From: Candidatus Melainabacteria bacterium GWF2_37_15
GTDB taxonomy: Bacteria; Cyanobacteriota; Vampirovibrionia; Gastranaerophilales; UBA9971
DNA length: 61,105 nt
Direction: 5' to 3'
NCBI GenBank assembly: GCA_001784565.1
Contig: MFRL01000064.1
Coordinates: 1-61,105 of the forward strand
Numbering within the stretch: the stretch's first letter is position 1; every line of letters begins with the position of its first letter. The translations under genes were made by a program, and so were the position numbers. This document shows positions 48,200 to 57,803 of the stretch, piece after piece. Under the pieces are notes generated by a model. That model had not been told where the DNA came from, did not search any database, and saw only the letters and a list, made by a program, of their open reading frames with translations.

Positions 48200-49099
48200 T
48201 TAAAATCTTTTATCAAAGTTAATAAGTCCGATGTTACTTACCTTTTTATGTTTTTTATTTACTGTTAAAACAAAATTTTCATAAATATAAAAATCATATT
48301 TGTCATCAATTTTTTCAATTTCATGAGGTTCTTTAATTGTTTTCAGGATATTTGAGGATTCCGCATCAGTGGGCACAAGACTTATCCATGTTAAAATTCC
48401 ATTCTCAAAACGTAACACAGCCTGCTGGTAGAATTGACTGGCTCCTTCAAGTTCTTCAACCATGGTATATGTGGAATTAACGTCAAATTCTCCTTCCATA
48501 TACGGGAGCAGGTCAGGATAACTCTGGGTAAACTCACTTTCAACCGTTAAGCCGGGTTTAAGTTTTGGAAATGTTTCGAAAAACTTTTGTGTAGGCGTAT
48601 CCAGGATTTTATTTCTAAGGGTTTTATTAATTACAGATTGTTGTGTGGTGAAAAAAGAAATACTGCGTGCATTCGTGCTTTTTTTATCTACGGCAACGCT
48701 GTAATTATCATAATTATAATAATCCAGTGTAGTGCTGTATTTTGTATCGATGTATTTGGGGAAACCGTATATAGTTATAAATTCATTCACATTAATTTGT
48801 TTGCTCAGAACAAATTCAATCCAGTCCAGGGTTTTGTTCCTGAAACCTACGTTTATTTCATTAAAATCGTTCAGGTTATAAGGTTGTGTGGTGATTATTG
48901 ATACATTTTTTTCTGCATCAAATGATTTAACCTCAGGGCATAACTTTTTGAATTCATCCAGGGTTGTTTTCTGGAATTTAAGTTTTTCAGGCGAATAAAC
49001 ACTTGCATTTTTCCAGTCAGGCAGCTTGTCAGGGAAGACATACGCACTGGAAAAGATCAAGATTAAAAACAAATAGAATATTGAAATTATTTTTTTCAT
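48200..49099 (-). CDS. Exported hypothetical protein with two similar domains
   Basis: Signal peptide from MKKII (49099); FRNKTLDWIEF..LDYYNYDNY vs FENGILTWISL..YDFYIYENF. Confidence 0.7.
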   Translation of the reverse strand: MKKIISIFYLFLILIFSSAYVFPDKLPDWKNASVYSPEKLKFQKTTLDEFKKLCPEVKSFDAEKNVSIITTQPYNLNDFNEINVGFRNKTLDWIEFVLSKQINVNEFITIYGFPKYIDTKYSTTLDYYNYDNYSVAVDKKSTNARSISFFTTQQSVINKTLRNKILDTPTQKFFETFPKLKPGLTVESEFTQSYPDLLPYMEGEFDVNSTYTMVEELEGASQFYQQAVLRFENGILTWISLVPTDAESSNILKTIKEPHEIEKIDDKYDFYIYENFVLTVNKKHKKVSNIGLINFDKRF

Positions 49100-49218
49100 A
49101 TTTATTATTATGCCTGTTTTCTGCAAATTTACAAAACCATCAAAACAATGAATTTTTGAGAGTTAAATTTAATTTTTACGTGTTTTATATATTTAGCATG
49201 ACATAAGGGAAGTTAAGT

Positions 49219-50400
49219 ATGATTTCAGCGGTAAGACCTTCATTACCTCTATCTATAGCGATTGTTGATGATTATGATTGTAAAGATATTGATGTGAACG
49301 GGGATTTTTGTCCTGATATAACACATGGTGAAGATACAGAAACCACGTTAACAAGTAATTTAAGGGTTAATCATGTAATAAGAAGGTTTTCCATTCCTTG
49401 CAACTCAGGAAATGAAAAGCTTGTTGATAATACTCTATTACAAACGTTTAATGAGTTGGAAAGCCCTGAGAATAAAGATATTAAATATGTTAATATGTCG
49501 CTTGCTGAGGAAATAAGATTTGATAAGCTTAAAAGAAAATATGATAAATACCTTAAGGATAATAATTTACCTGGTGAGGAACTAACGCCGGATAATATAG
49601 TTAAGAATAGAAAAACGGTCATAGATGTGTTTGGAGAAAAAGTTAAACCGGCTTTAAAATCAATAATTCAAAAATTAGAAAATGTTGCGAAAACTAAGAA
49701 TATATTTATTGCACAGCATAATATATATACCAAGGATTCTTTAGAGTTTGTGGACTCTGAACCATTTGCCAAGGGAATAATAAGTGTTGGATCTGAAACA
49801 CAAAAGCGTCAAAGACCGGAATTTAACTTCCCGGGCACAACTTATATTTATGCTAAAGGTAATTATAAAACAACTCCGGTTCTGAAAAACGGTACAGTTA
49901 TCGGCTTTGACAGAACAGAAGATGGGAAAATGGATATACCAATATCAAAAATAACCGGCCATGAAATAATCGAACAGTTTGCTGGTTCTTGCATAAAAGA
50001 AGGCGCTAATATTAAAGATGTAGAAGCAACAGATGTTGATTATGAAAGACTGAAACAATATATAGATGGAACACAACCAGGTAAAGAAAAAGAATATTTA
50101 AGTGCCAAATTATTTTCTATAGATAAATTACATGAGAAGGGAATAATGTGGAAACAGGAATCCCTGGTTAAAAAAGGGACTCATCTTGATTTAAATACTG
50201 TTTTAACTTTTTCTGACAGTATGAGTGCTGCATACAGTGGTAAAGAAGTCACAAATCCGTCATTGGTATTTAAGGTAAAAAAGAATGGAAAAGTTGTATA
50301 CAATCCTTGTGGGAAAAAGGGTGTTATTAGTGAAATAGATGCAACTTCTCTGGCGACACCTACGGCACTGGCGCAGCACATAAATAAACTGTACGCCTAG
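49219..50400 (+). CDS. Divergent subtilisin-like (S8) protease
   Basis: IAIVDD (Asp), THGE (His), YVNMSL, IFIAQHN, ATSLATP (Ser); no signal peptide. Confidence 0.65.
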   Translation: MISAVRPSLPLSIAIVDDYDCKDIDVNGDFCPDITHGEDTETTLTSNLRVNHVIRRFSIPCNSGNEKLVDNTLLQTFNELESPENKDIKYVNMSLAEEIRFDKLKRKYDKYLKDNNLPGEELTPDNIVKNRKTVIDVFGEKVKPALKSIIQKLENVAKTKNIFIAQHNIYTKDSLEFVDSEPFAKGIISVGSETQKRQRPEFNFPGTTYIYAKGNYKTTPVLKNGTVIGFDRTEDGKMDIPISKITGHEIIEQFAGSCIKEGANIKDVEATDVDYERLKQYIDGTQPGKEKEYLSAKLFSIDKLHEKGIMWKQESLVKKGTHLDLNTVLTFSDSMSAAYSGKEVTNPSLVFKVKKNGKVVYNPCGKKGVISEIDATSLATPTALAQHINKLYA

Positions 50401-50401
50401 A

Positions 50402-52291
50402 TTACTTCTTAAATAACTTCCTGATATCGTCCATAACCTGCTTGTTTTTGGTTGGGTTTTTAGCTTCGCTTATTGCTCTTGCTTTTGATATTTTTGAGGA
50501 GTCTTCAAGGTGCTTTATTTTGTCCTTGATTTGCTGGGCATTTTTGTATTCACGGCCTTTTAGCCTTAAAAAAGTTTCGTATGATTCCTTGGCTTCTTTG
50601 AAATCATCCATTATTTCAAAAATCTGGGCCAGGTTATAATAAATATCCGCATTGTCCGGCTCAAACCGGATAACCCTTCTAAGCTCCACAACAGCTTCCT
50701 GGTATCGCTTCATTTCAAATAAAGCAAGACCAAGATTATGTTTATATTCAGGGTTGTAGAAGTCAATTGTGCCGGCCTTTCTGTAGAAACTCACTGCGTT
50801 TTCCAGGTTTCCTTCTGCCTGGTACATAAGTCCGATTTCATTCAGGAAAACAGCATTTTCAGGTTCAAGCGTTGCTGCCACCTTAATATTATTTATTGCT
50901 TCGTCAAGATTACCTAGTTCTCTGTTAATAAGGCCCTTTTGATAATAAGCATCAGGCAGGTTCTTATTATATGAAGTTGCCTTATTGAAAAACTCTATTG
51001 CGTCCTCAATTTGCCCCAATTTTGAATAATAAATCCCTAACCCATAATGTGCTTCAGCAAATTTATCATTATTATTCAGGGCTAATTCAAAATAATTCCG
51101 AGCTTTTTCAAGTTCATTCTTTCCTAAAAGTATTATTCCAACAGCATAACAAGCATCAATCAACTCTGAATTCAGGTCAATAGCTTTTTCATAAGCTTCA
51201 ATTGCTTTATCTTTTAACCCGATTGTCTGGTATATGGAAGCCAGGTTGTACCAGTTTATAGGATCATTACTGTTTATATCTAATGATTTTACAAAACACT
51301 CAATTGCTTCCTTGAATTTTTCCGTCGCAGTATAAATCGAACCCAGCACAGAATAAGCCTGAGCATAAGATGGATTAAGCTGTATAGTTTTATTTAGTTC
51401 AGCTTCAGCCAGTTCATAATCTTTATTTTTGTAATATATGTAGCCTAGAGCATACCTGATTTCGGGGTTATCAGGATTAAGACTTGCTGCGCATTTAAAT
51501 TCATTTAAAGCTTCTTCTGTCCAACCAAGAAAACCGTATGCAAGTCCCAGGTTACTGTATGCGTTAATGTTTCCGGGTTCAAACGTGATTACATATTTGA
51601 GTTCGGGTATGGCTTTTTCATATTTTTCCTGTTCAATATAGGTTAATCCAAGGTAATAATGTGCTTTAACACTGTCAAAATTTATATCCAGGACTTTTTT
51701 AAATTCCATTTCAGCATTTTCACAATCATTGCTGTTTAAATGCAGAATTCCAAGACCTAAACGAGCTTCATAATTTTCAGAATTACTGTTAATAGCCATT
51801 TTGTAGTGATGTTTAGCCTGTTCAATGTCCCCTTTTTTTTCAAAGTTCATGGCAAGAAGCATATATCCTTTATCCAGGCCAGGGTAATCACGCAGTATTT
51901 TTTCTATCAGGTTGAGAGATTTTTCATAATCATTTGTTGCTATATAAAGAATAGCGAGATTCTGGGCTATATCAATGTCATATTTGCTTGCTTCGTGAGC
52001 TTTTTCCATATATTCAACAGCTTTACCAAGCTTTTTAGTAAGCTCATAGGATTTGGAAATACCCAGCAAAGCCAGTACATAATCAGGTTTTTTGCTGAGA
52101 GAGCTTTCATAAAAGATTATTGCCCTTTCAAAATCACTCGTGCAAAAACATGCATCAGCTACTTTTTCCAGGACTTCATAACTGTGAGGGTTTATAAAGA
52201 GTGCTCTTTTATAGATTTGTATTGCATTTTCATATTCCTTTTCCCGCTTTGAATTATCTCCAGCAGTTACTAATGCTTCAAAATCAGTCAC
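50402..52291 (-). CDS. Long TPR-repeat protein
   Basis: About 16 consecutive 34-aa repeats (AHYYLG, AYSNLG, WYNLA...). Confidence 0.92.
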   Translation of the reverse strand: MTDFEALVTAGDNSKREKEYENAIQIYKRALFINPHSYEVLEKVADACFCTSDFERAIIFYESSLSKKPDYVLALLGISKSYELTKKLGKAVEYMEKAHEASKYDIDIAQNLAILYIATNDYEKSLNLIEKILRDYPGLDKGYMLLAMNFEKKGDIEQAKHHYKMAINSNSENYEARLGLGILHLNSNDCENAEMEFKKVLDINFDSVKAHYYLGLTYIEQEKYEKAIPELKYVITFEPGNINAYSNLGLAYGFLGWTEEALNEFKCAASLNPDNPEIRYALGYIYYKNKDYELAEAELNKTIQLNPSYAQAYSVLGSIYTATEKFKEAIECFVKSLDINSNDPINWYNLASIYQTIGLKDKAIEAYEKAIDLNSELIDACYAVGIILLGKNELEKARNYFELALNNNDKFAEAHYGLGIYYSKLGQIEDAIEFFNKATSYNKNLPDAYYQKGLINRELGNLDEAINNIKVAATLEPENAVFLNEIGLMYQAEGNLENAVSFYRKAGTIDFYNPEYKHNLGLALFEMKRYQEAVVELRRVIRFEPDNADIYYNLAQIFEIMDDFKEAKESYETFLRLKGREYKNAQQIKDKIKHLEDSSKISKARAISEAKNPTKNKQVMDDIRKLFKK

Positions 52292-52499
52292 GGTTAACCT
52301 CTATTTTCCTGTTTGTAATTGGGCAATATGAAATATGCTTCAATTTTATTACATTGTTACTTCCAAGACAAACCTCATTATCTTTCCTGTAGAATTCACA
52401 TATAAGGCAATCATCGTAATCCATAAATTCGATACGTTCTTTCCGCCGTTTTTTTGCGTATTCCTGAAGGGAAAGTATCTTTTTCACACGTCTTTTCAT
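52284..52499 (-). CDS. Small Cys-containing hypothetical protein
   Basis: 71 aa, CLICEFY..C..YCP; overlaps the TPR gene start. Confidence 0.55.
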   Translation of the reverse strand: MKRRVKKILSLQEYAKKRRKERIEFMDYDDCLICEFYRKDNEVCLGSNNVIKLKHISYCPITNRKIEVNRD

Positions 52500-52559
52500 A
52501 CCAGCATTATATATTAGGGCTATTACCCGGGCAATTTTGTTAAGGAGAGTTAAAGATCT

Positions 52560-52581
52560 GGTGGGCTGAAGCCCACCCTAT
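52560..52581 (-). repeat. Single GTAG-type REP-like palindrome
   Basis: Minus strand TAGGGTGGGCTTCAGCCCACC (GGTGGGCT/AGCCCACC stem). Confidence 0.6.
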
Positions 52582-52639
52582 ATTGGCTAAAAATAATAAT
52601 TGCAACAACAACTGTTGCAATAACAAATAAATATTTTTA

Positions 52640-52891
52640 TTAAACCTGATAAAGCTGCTCCATGTCATACCTGTCTAAATAACCTTTTAAAAGGTATCCA
52701 ATAATAATTGAGCAGGAAACTATATCTTTTTCCGCAAGCGTTGTCTTGTTTTTTACTTTTGAGATTAATTCAGCATAATTATTTATTACATAAAGCATCT
52801 GAACATCTACTCTGTCAAACATTATATCCATCATTTTCTGCGGATTTTCAAGGCTTTTTAGGAATTCTTCAGCTGCTTGTACCCTGTTCAT
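52640..52891 (-). CDS. Small hypothetical protein
   Basis: 83 aa, AAAGGT RBS. Confidence 0.65.
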   Translation of the reverse strand: MNRVQAAEEFLKSLENPQKMMDIMFDRVDVQMLYVINNYAELISKVKNKTTLAEKDIVSCSIIIGYLLKGYLDRYDMEQLYQV

Positions 52892-52979
52892 TGATTATTA
52901 CCTTTATATACTATGTTCACAGTATATCGGTGTGCCTAGCTATACACAATTAACCAGGTAATTAATCCGTGCAGGTTAT

Positions 52980-53402
52980 TTATGCCTTTTTAGCTTGCTT
53001 ATATTTATCATTAAGCCATATAAAACCTATTACTTTTTTATCCAGTGGTGTTTTAACCACAGGAGCATATTTATTATTAAGGTACTTCATAACCGAAAAA
53101 GCGTGCTCCGCCTGGGTTTCCGGATAAAATACCAGCGGCATAGTGCTTTTGTTGATTATATCCTTAACTTTTATGTTTTTTAAGGAATCAAATATATTCC
53201 CAAAAACAAAAAAGTTCTTTTTGATGTACTCCTTAACATTTTCCCTTTTCAGTTGACTTACAAGTAAAAAGTCTTCACTAACCACTGATATATTATCAAT
53301 GTTGAACTTTTTCATATGTTCAATAACTTTCAATAAATCATCATTTTCGTATACGTATAACGATGAATTACTGACAAAATCTGCCACCATAGTTTTACTC
53401 AT
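52980..53402 (-). CDS. CBS-domain pair protein
   Basis: VADFV...V.END.L..V...M, IKVKDII, KVIGFI pattern. Confidence 0.7.
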   Translation of the reverse strand: MSKTMVADFVSNSSLYVYENDDLLKVIEHMKKFNIDNISVVSEDFLLVSQLKRENVKEYIKKNFFVFGNIFDSLKNIKVKDIINKSTMPLVFYPETQAEHAFSVMKYLNNKYAPVVKTPLDKKVIGFIWLNDKYKQAKKA

Positions 53403-53535
53403 GCCTAATTATTCTCCCTTGGTCCGATGATCTCTTCTAAATAATTCTTACATTTCTTTTTATAAGATATCTTAATGTATATAGTTAAAATATTATCAAG
53501 TCACTTACCTAAGTTACTAATATTAGGTTTGTTGA

Positions 53536-53988
53536 TTAACCTTTAGAGTATTCATTTAATTCTTGAATAAAATCCTCGAAAGTACAACTAATAATAGGTG
53601 AAGTGTCATCTTTTTGCAGAAAGATATTTGTTATTCCAGCCTGTATAATAAATCTTTTACACAATATACACACTTGATTGTGGCCAAATATATAAATGGC
53701 TCCATCCCTACATAGACTCTCGCCTGCTTGTATAATTGCGTTCATCTCGGCATGGATAGATTGACAAGTTTCATATTTAGTTCCGGATGGAATATTGTGG
53801 TCAAGTCTGTAACATGTACCCTTTTCAAGGCATGATGTGACGCCGGTCGGTGTCCCATTGTACCCGGTGGATTTTATTTTGTTATTAGAGTCAACTATTA
53901 TTGCCCCGACTTGTGCTCTTATGCAATTAGACCTGATAGCAGCCTGTTTTGCCAACCCCATAAAATATTCTTGAAAACTTGGTCTCAT
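53536..53988 (-). CDS. dCMP deaminase family protein
   Basis: RPSF.EYFM, RSNC.RAQVGA, STGYNG, HAEMNAI, C..C.R.IIQAGI. Confidence 0.93.
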   Translation of the reverse strand: MRPSFQEYFMGLAKQAAIRSNCIRAQVGAIIVDSNNKIKSTGYNGTPTGVTSCLEKGTCYRLDHNIPSGTKYETCQSIHAEMNAIIQAGESLCRDGAIYIFGHNQVCILCKRFIIQAGITNIFLQKDDTSPIISCTFEDFIQELNEYSKG

Positions 53989-54024
53989 AGATAAATTATA
54001 TCATTTCTATAATAAAATACAGAT

Positions 54025-55140
54025 ATGAATTTAAAAAAGAAAATATTTTCTGTAGTTATTTTTATATTTATTGTAGCCCTTGCTATCTGGTTTTTTACGG
54101 GAGGCGTACCTTGCATTGCACTTGAGATTCACAAGCAGGACGCGATAAAAGGCGTTTCTGTAACAGGAAGAGTTGCGACAACCGAAGATGTACAGGTTAC
54201 GCCAGAAGTAACAGCAACAATAGAAAAAATACTTGTAAAGACTGAGCAAGAAGTTGAAAAAGGTCAGGAGCTGGCTTATCTTAATAAGGACGAAATATTA
54301 GGGCAACTATCAACAGCCGAGGCTAGAGTAAGTGTTGCCCGTGCCACACTTGCAAGAACCCGGATAGAATATCAGGATGCACTTTCTGATGAAAAACGAT
54401 ATAAAAAACTTTTTGAAATAGGTGCTGTGAGCAAGAGAGCACTTGAAGAAAGGACGCTCCGCAGAGAGCAGCTTAAAGAAACTATAATACAGACTCAAAA
54501 TGAAATTGAGGCAGCTCAGGGACAATTATCAACTACAAGGGAGCAATTTGATAACTATACAGTTAGAGCTCCGATTTCCGGCATTATTACTGAAAAACTT
54601 GTAAGTACAGGGGATATTGTTTCACCTCAGCAAAATCTTTTCCGGCTTGTAGGGCCAGAATTTATTTTCCTGGGCGTGGATGTTGAAGAAAATGAACTTG
54701 ATTCAATAAAGCTGGGACAAGACGCGCTTGTAATATTCGACGCATACCCTGACAGGGTTTTTAGGCAAAAAGTAATTAGAATAGCCCGCGAGGTTGACTT
54801 TGTCACAGGCACTTTTATTGTAAGAATAAGAAGGCCAGAGGTAAAGGATGTAAAAATTCTGGTGGGAATGACGCTGGACGCTACCATAATACTTGAAGAG
54901 TACAAAAACGTGATGATTATTCCGTCTGATTTTGTAACGCAGGAAAATAACAAAACATTTGTATTTAAAAAAGTTAATTATTTTGCCAGAAAAACAGAGA
55001 TCAAAACAAAGCAATTTGATAATAACAGGGTTCTCGTTGAAAAAGGGTTAGACGAAGGAGATGTTATCCTTAAGAGGATTGGAACAGGAAAGCTTAAGGA
55101 CAATACAAAAATTAAGGTTGAGGAATTTCGAGAAAAATGA
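54025..55140 (+). CDS. Efflux periplasmic adaptor (MacA/HlyD-like membrane fusion protein)
   Basis: N-terminal TM, lipoyl half-motifs (V.KGQ.LA, RAPISG.I), coiled hairpin, FDAYP. Confidence 0.9.
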   Translation: MNLKKKIFSVVIFIFIVALAIWFFTGGVPCIALEIHKQDAIKGVSVTGRVATTEDVQVTPEVTATIEKILVKTEQEVEKGQELAYLNKDEILGQLSTAEARVSVARATLARTRIEYQDALSDEKRYKKLFEIGAVSKRALEERTLRREQLKETIIQTQNEIEAAQGQLSTTREQFDNYTVRAPISGIITEKLVSTGDIVSPQQNLFRLVGPEFIFLGVDVEENELDSIKLGQDALVIFDAYPDRVFRQKVIRIAREVDFVTGTFIVRIRRPEVKDVKILVGMTLDATIILEEYKNVMIIPSDFVTQENNKTFVFKKVNYFARKTEIKTKQFDNNRVLVEKGLDEGDVILKRIGTGKLKDNTKIKVEEFREK

Positions 55141-56381
55141 AATTCTACGAACTATTTATAGCCTCTCGCTACATTACTTCCAACTTGCGGCAGTCAATTA
55201 TTATTACTGCTGCAATGAGTATCGGAGTAACGCTGATAATCTGGATTCCATCCATTAACCTGTCATTTTTCGGTGATTTAATAGATAAATCAGTGGAAAG
55301 TGCGCCGCATATAAGGATAACTAAGGAAGTTGATACATTTGAAAGAAACAAATCCACACTTGATACGCTTTTTGTGGACAGGTCGCTTTTACTTGAAGAT
55401 CAGGTTTTAACCAGGAAAAGAAACATTAAAACATACAGGGAAGTGATGAACCAGATCAAAGATGTCGAGCAAATTATTGCTATGGCGCCGTTCGTAGAAC
55501 AACAGGGCTTTATAATAAGGGGGGCAGAGGAAAGAGGCGCGCAAATCCGTGGAATTATACCGGAAATGGAACTTGAAGTAGTTGATATTGAAGAAGATAT
55601 TATAAAAGGAAGGATAAGAAACCTTGGAATAAACGATATAGTAATAGGAATAACACTTGCAGAGAAACTGAATGTGGGATTAGGCGACAGAGTAACTGTA
55701 GCAGGCCCCAGAGGAGAAACAAAAAATTTAAAAGTCATAGGCATTATCTCTACCGGTTTAAGAAATCGGGATGAATTCCAGGCTTATGTCAGTTTAAAAA
55801 CAGGCCAGCAAATATTTGAACTTGGCAATGACGTGAATGGTATAGGCATAAAGGTCGAAGATATTTATCAGGCAGAAAATATTGCGCAGGAATTGCATAA
55901 AATAACCGGGCTAAAGGCAGATAGCTGGATGGAGGAAAATAGGCAGATATTGGATCAGATAAACAGGTTCAGGCTTATTATCACGTTTATTAACTTTCTT
56001 ATTATATCCTCTGCTGCATCAAGCATCACCAGCGTATTTTCCATGCTTATTGCTTCTAAATCAAGAGAAATAGGTATTTTAAAGTCAATGGGGGCAAAAA
56101 GCTTATCAATAATGTCGCTTTTTGTTACGCAGGCTGCTGTCCTTAGCCTTATAGCTTATTTTGTAGGTCTTTTAGGAGCTAAGCTTCTTCTTATGTGGTA
56201 TGCGGGGCTTATTGAACAGGCAGGCGAAACTTTTTTAACTTCCGGGGTTCCTGAATTCAAGATTAGTCCGTATTATGCGACTCTGGCATTCTTCTATTCG
56301 CTAATCACCAGCATATTAGCTAGTATCATACCATCGTATCAGGCCGCAAAACTTAATCCAGTGGAGGCTATAAATGCCTGA
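55137..56381 (+). CDS. ABC transporter permease (LolE/MacB/FtsX-like)
   Basis: IG..LAEKLNV..GD, K.REIGILKSMGA, P.YQAAKLNPVEAI. Confidence 0.9.
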   Translation: MKFYELFIASRYITSNLRQSIIITAAMSIGVTLIIWIPSINLSFFGDLIDKSVESAPHIRITKEVDTFERNKSTLDTLFVDRSLLLEDQVLTRKRNIKTYREVMNQIKDVEQIIAMAPFVEQQGFIIRGAEERGAQIRGIIPEMELEVVDIEEDIIKGRIRNLGINDIVIGITLAEKLNVGLGDRVTVAGPRGETKNLKVIGIISTGLRNRDEFQAYVSLKTGQQIFELGNDVNGIGIKVEDIYQAENIAQELHKITGLKADSWMEENRQILDQINRFRLIITFINFLIISSAASSITSVFSMLIASKSREIGILKSMGAKSLSIMSLFVTQAAVLSLIAYFVGLLGAKLLLMWYAGLIEQAGETFLTSGVPEFKISPYYATLAFFYSLITSILASIIPSYQAAKLNPVEAINA

Positions 56382-56484
56382 ATTTTCAAAAATATTGTAA
56401 TACTTTTTTATAAACTTATTGACTTCATCTTTTGTTTGTTTTATATATATGGATATAAGGTAGATATAAAAAATGAGGTAGTAT

Positions 56485-56973
56485 ATGGAACAAGTTAGTT
56501 TTGGAACAAATATTAACGTAAGTGATGAAGTTAAAGCCCTTTTTAATTACGCAAGGAATGAGATTAAAGAGGTTAAAAAAGTAACCAGGTTTATAGAAAA
56601 AGCCAAAAAGGATGGTATACCCTATGATATGGAGATTAAAACCGATGAACTTCATGGTAATAGGTTTTTAAGTGGAACAATAACTAACCCAGAAACTATT
56701 AATTCACATTACAAATATGCATATTCAGGCAAGAATAATGGGTTAGAAACAGACCCCTCTCGTTTAGATAAATTAGTAACAAGATTCCCGATTCTGCAAG
56801 TTATTCGTAAGCCAAGCATTAAAAACAATGCGATGGGACTCGACAGACCATTTGAAAGAATTAAGCAAATTTACAAAAATATGTTAGGAATACATAAGGA
56901 TCAAACTAGATTTGAAGCTTATCGGGCTAAAGAAGCACAAAGGGAAGCAAAAGTAAAAGAATTATGGGGTTAG
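56485..56973 (+). CDS. Hypothetical protein, paralogue of 60725..>61105
   Basis: MEQVSFGTNI; GAGGT RBS; shares AK.DGI, Y.GK.N, PS..D....FP.LQ...KPS..NN..G..R.FERI. Confidence 0.75.
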   Translation: MEQVSFGTNINVSDEVKALFNYARNEIKEVKKVTRFIEKAKKDGIPYDMEIKTDELHGNRFLSGTITNPETINSHYKYAYSGKNNGLETDPSRLDKLVTRFPILQVIRKPSIKNNAMGLDRPFERIKQIYKNMLGIHKDQTRFEAYRAKEAQREAKVKELWG

Positions 56974-56995
56974 AATAGGGTAAACATCCTAAAGC

Positions 56996-57171
56996 GTCAA
57001 TCTGAGCCGTGATAATTATATGTTAGGTATGGATATAAGCATTGCGAAGGATCTTTCTAATAAACAACTGTAAGCAAGAATCCAAAAATAGGCTGTATGT
57101 TGTTATTTGGTAAGATCTTTCGCATCGCTTTTATTCCACGATTATAGCATCTATTTTATGGCTCAGATGAC
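56996..57171. repeat. Long imperfect inverted repeat (REPIN-like), related to copies A/B
   Basis: GTCAATCTGAGCC...GCGAAGGATCT...AACAAC on the left pairs over ~75 nt with GTTGTT...AGATCTTTCGC...GGCTCAGATGAC. Confidence 0.7.
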
Positions 57172-57272
57172 AACAGTCTTTATCCGCCAAACTCTACTAA
57201 CTTCTTAATTTTATCTAAAATTAATCATACAAGGATGACCCTTTAGTTGAAATTTTAATGAACTTGCCCTGT

Positions 57273-57297
57273 ATACTCTATAAACTTGATAGACAAT
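57273..57297. promoter_or_regulatory. Rrf2-family operator 1
   Basis: ATACTCTATAAACTTGATAGACAAT; 25-bp IscR/CymR-type imperfect palindrome upstream of the Rrf2 gene. Confidence 0.65.
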
Positions 57298-57326
57298 ATA
57301 AAAAATTATGATATTATAATAAACAT

Positions 57327-57731
57327 ATGGTAAGGTTATCTGTAAAGGCCGAATACGCTTGTCTTGCCCTGGCATATCTTTCAAAAAATTATGATAAAGA
57401 CTGGGTAAGAATTGAAGAAATAGCTGATTCTCAAGATATTCCACAAAAATTTCTTGAGCAAATACTACTTTTGCTTAAACAGGCAGGTTACTTAAAAAGT
57501 AGGCGAGGCTCAAACGGTGGATATGCGCTTGCGAAACCGCCTGATTGTATACGTATTGCAGACATAGTAAGGCTAATAAGCGGTCCTCTCGCGCCAGTTA
57601 ATTCAGTAAGCAAGTATTTTTACGAAAAAACACCCACAGAGAAGAATAGTAAGCTAACCGCACTGTTTAAGGACATAAGGGACTATACTGCCTGGAAACT
57701 TGAGAATACATATTTTTCAGATATGACATAA
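57327..57731 (+). CDS. Rrf2-family regulator (CymR-like; lacks the IscR three-Cys motif)
   Basis: LS.K.EYA, IA.SQ.IP.KFLEQIL..LK.AG...S.RG..GGY.LA. Confidence 0.93.
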   Translation: MVRLSVKAEYACLALAYLSKNYDKDWVRIEEIADSQDIPQKFLEQILLLLKQAGYLKSRRGSNGGYALAKPPDCIRIADIVRLISGPLAPVNSVSKYFYEKTPTEKNSKLTALFKDIRDYTAWKLENTYFSDMT

Positions 57732-57757
57732 TTAACAATCTAAAAATTTTTGAAGCT

Positions 57758-57782
57758 ATTGTCTACTAAGTCAATATAGTTA
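57758..57782. promoter_or_regulatory. Rrf2-family operator 2
   Basis: ATTGTCTACTAAGTCAATATAGTTA; similar to the reverse complement of operator 1 (ATTGTCTATCAAGTTTATAGAGTAT). Confidence 0.65.
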
Positions 57783-57803
57783 ATTGGGAAAGGAGTTGTA
57801 AAA

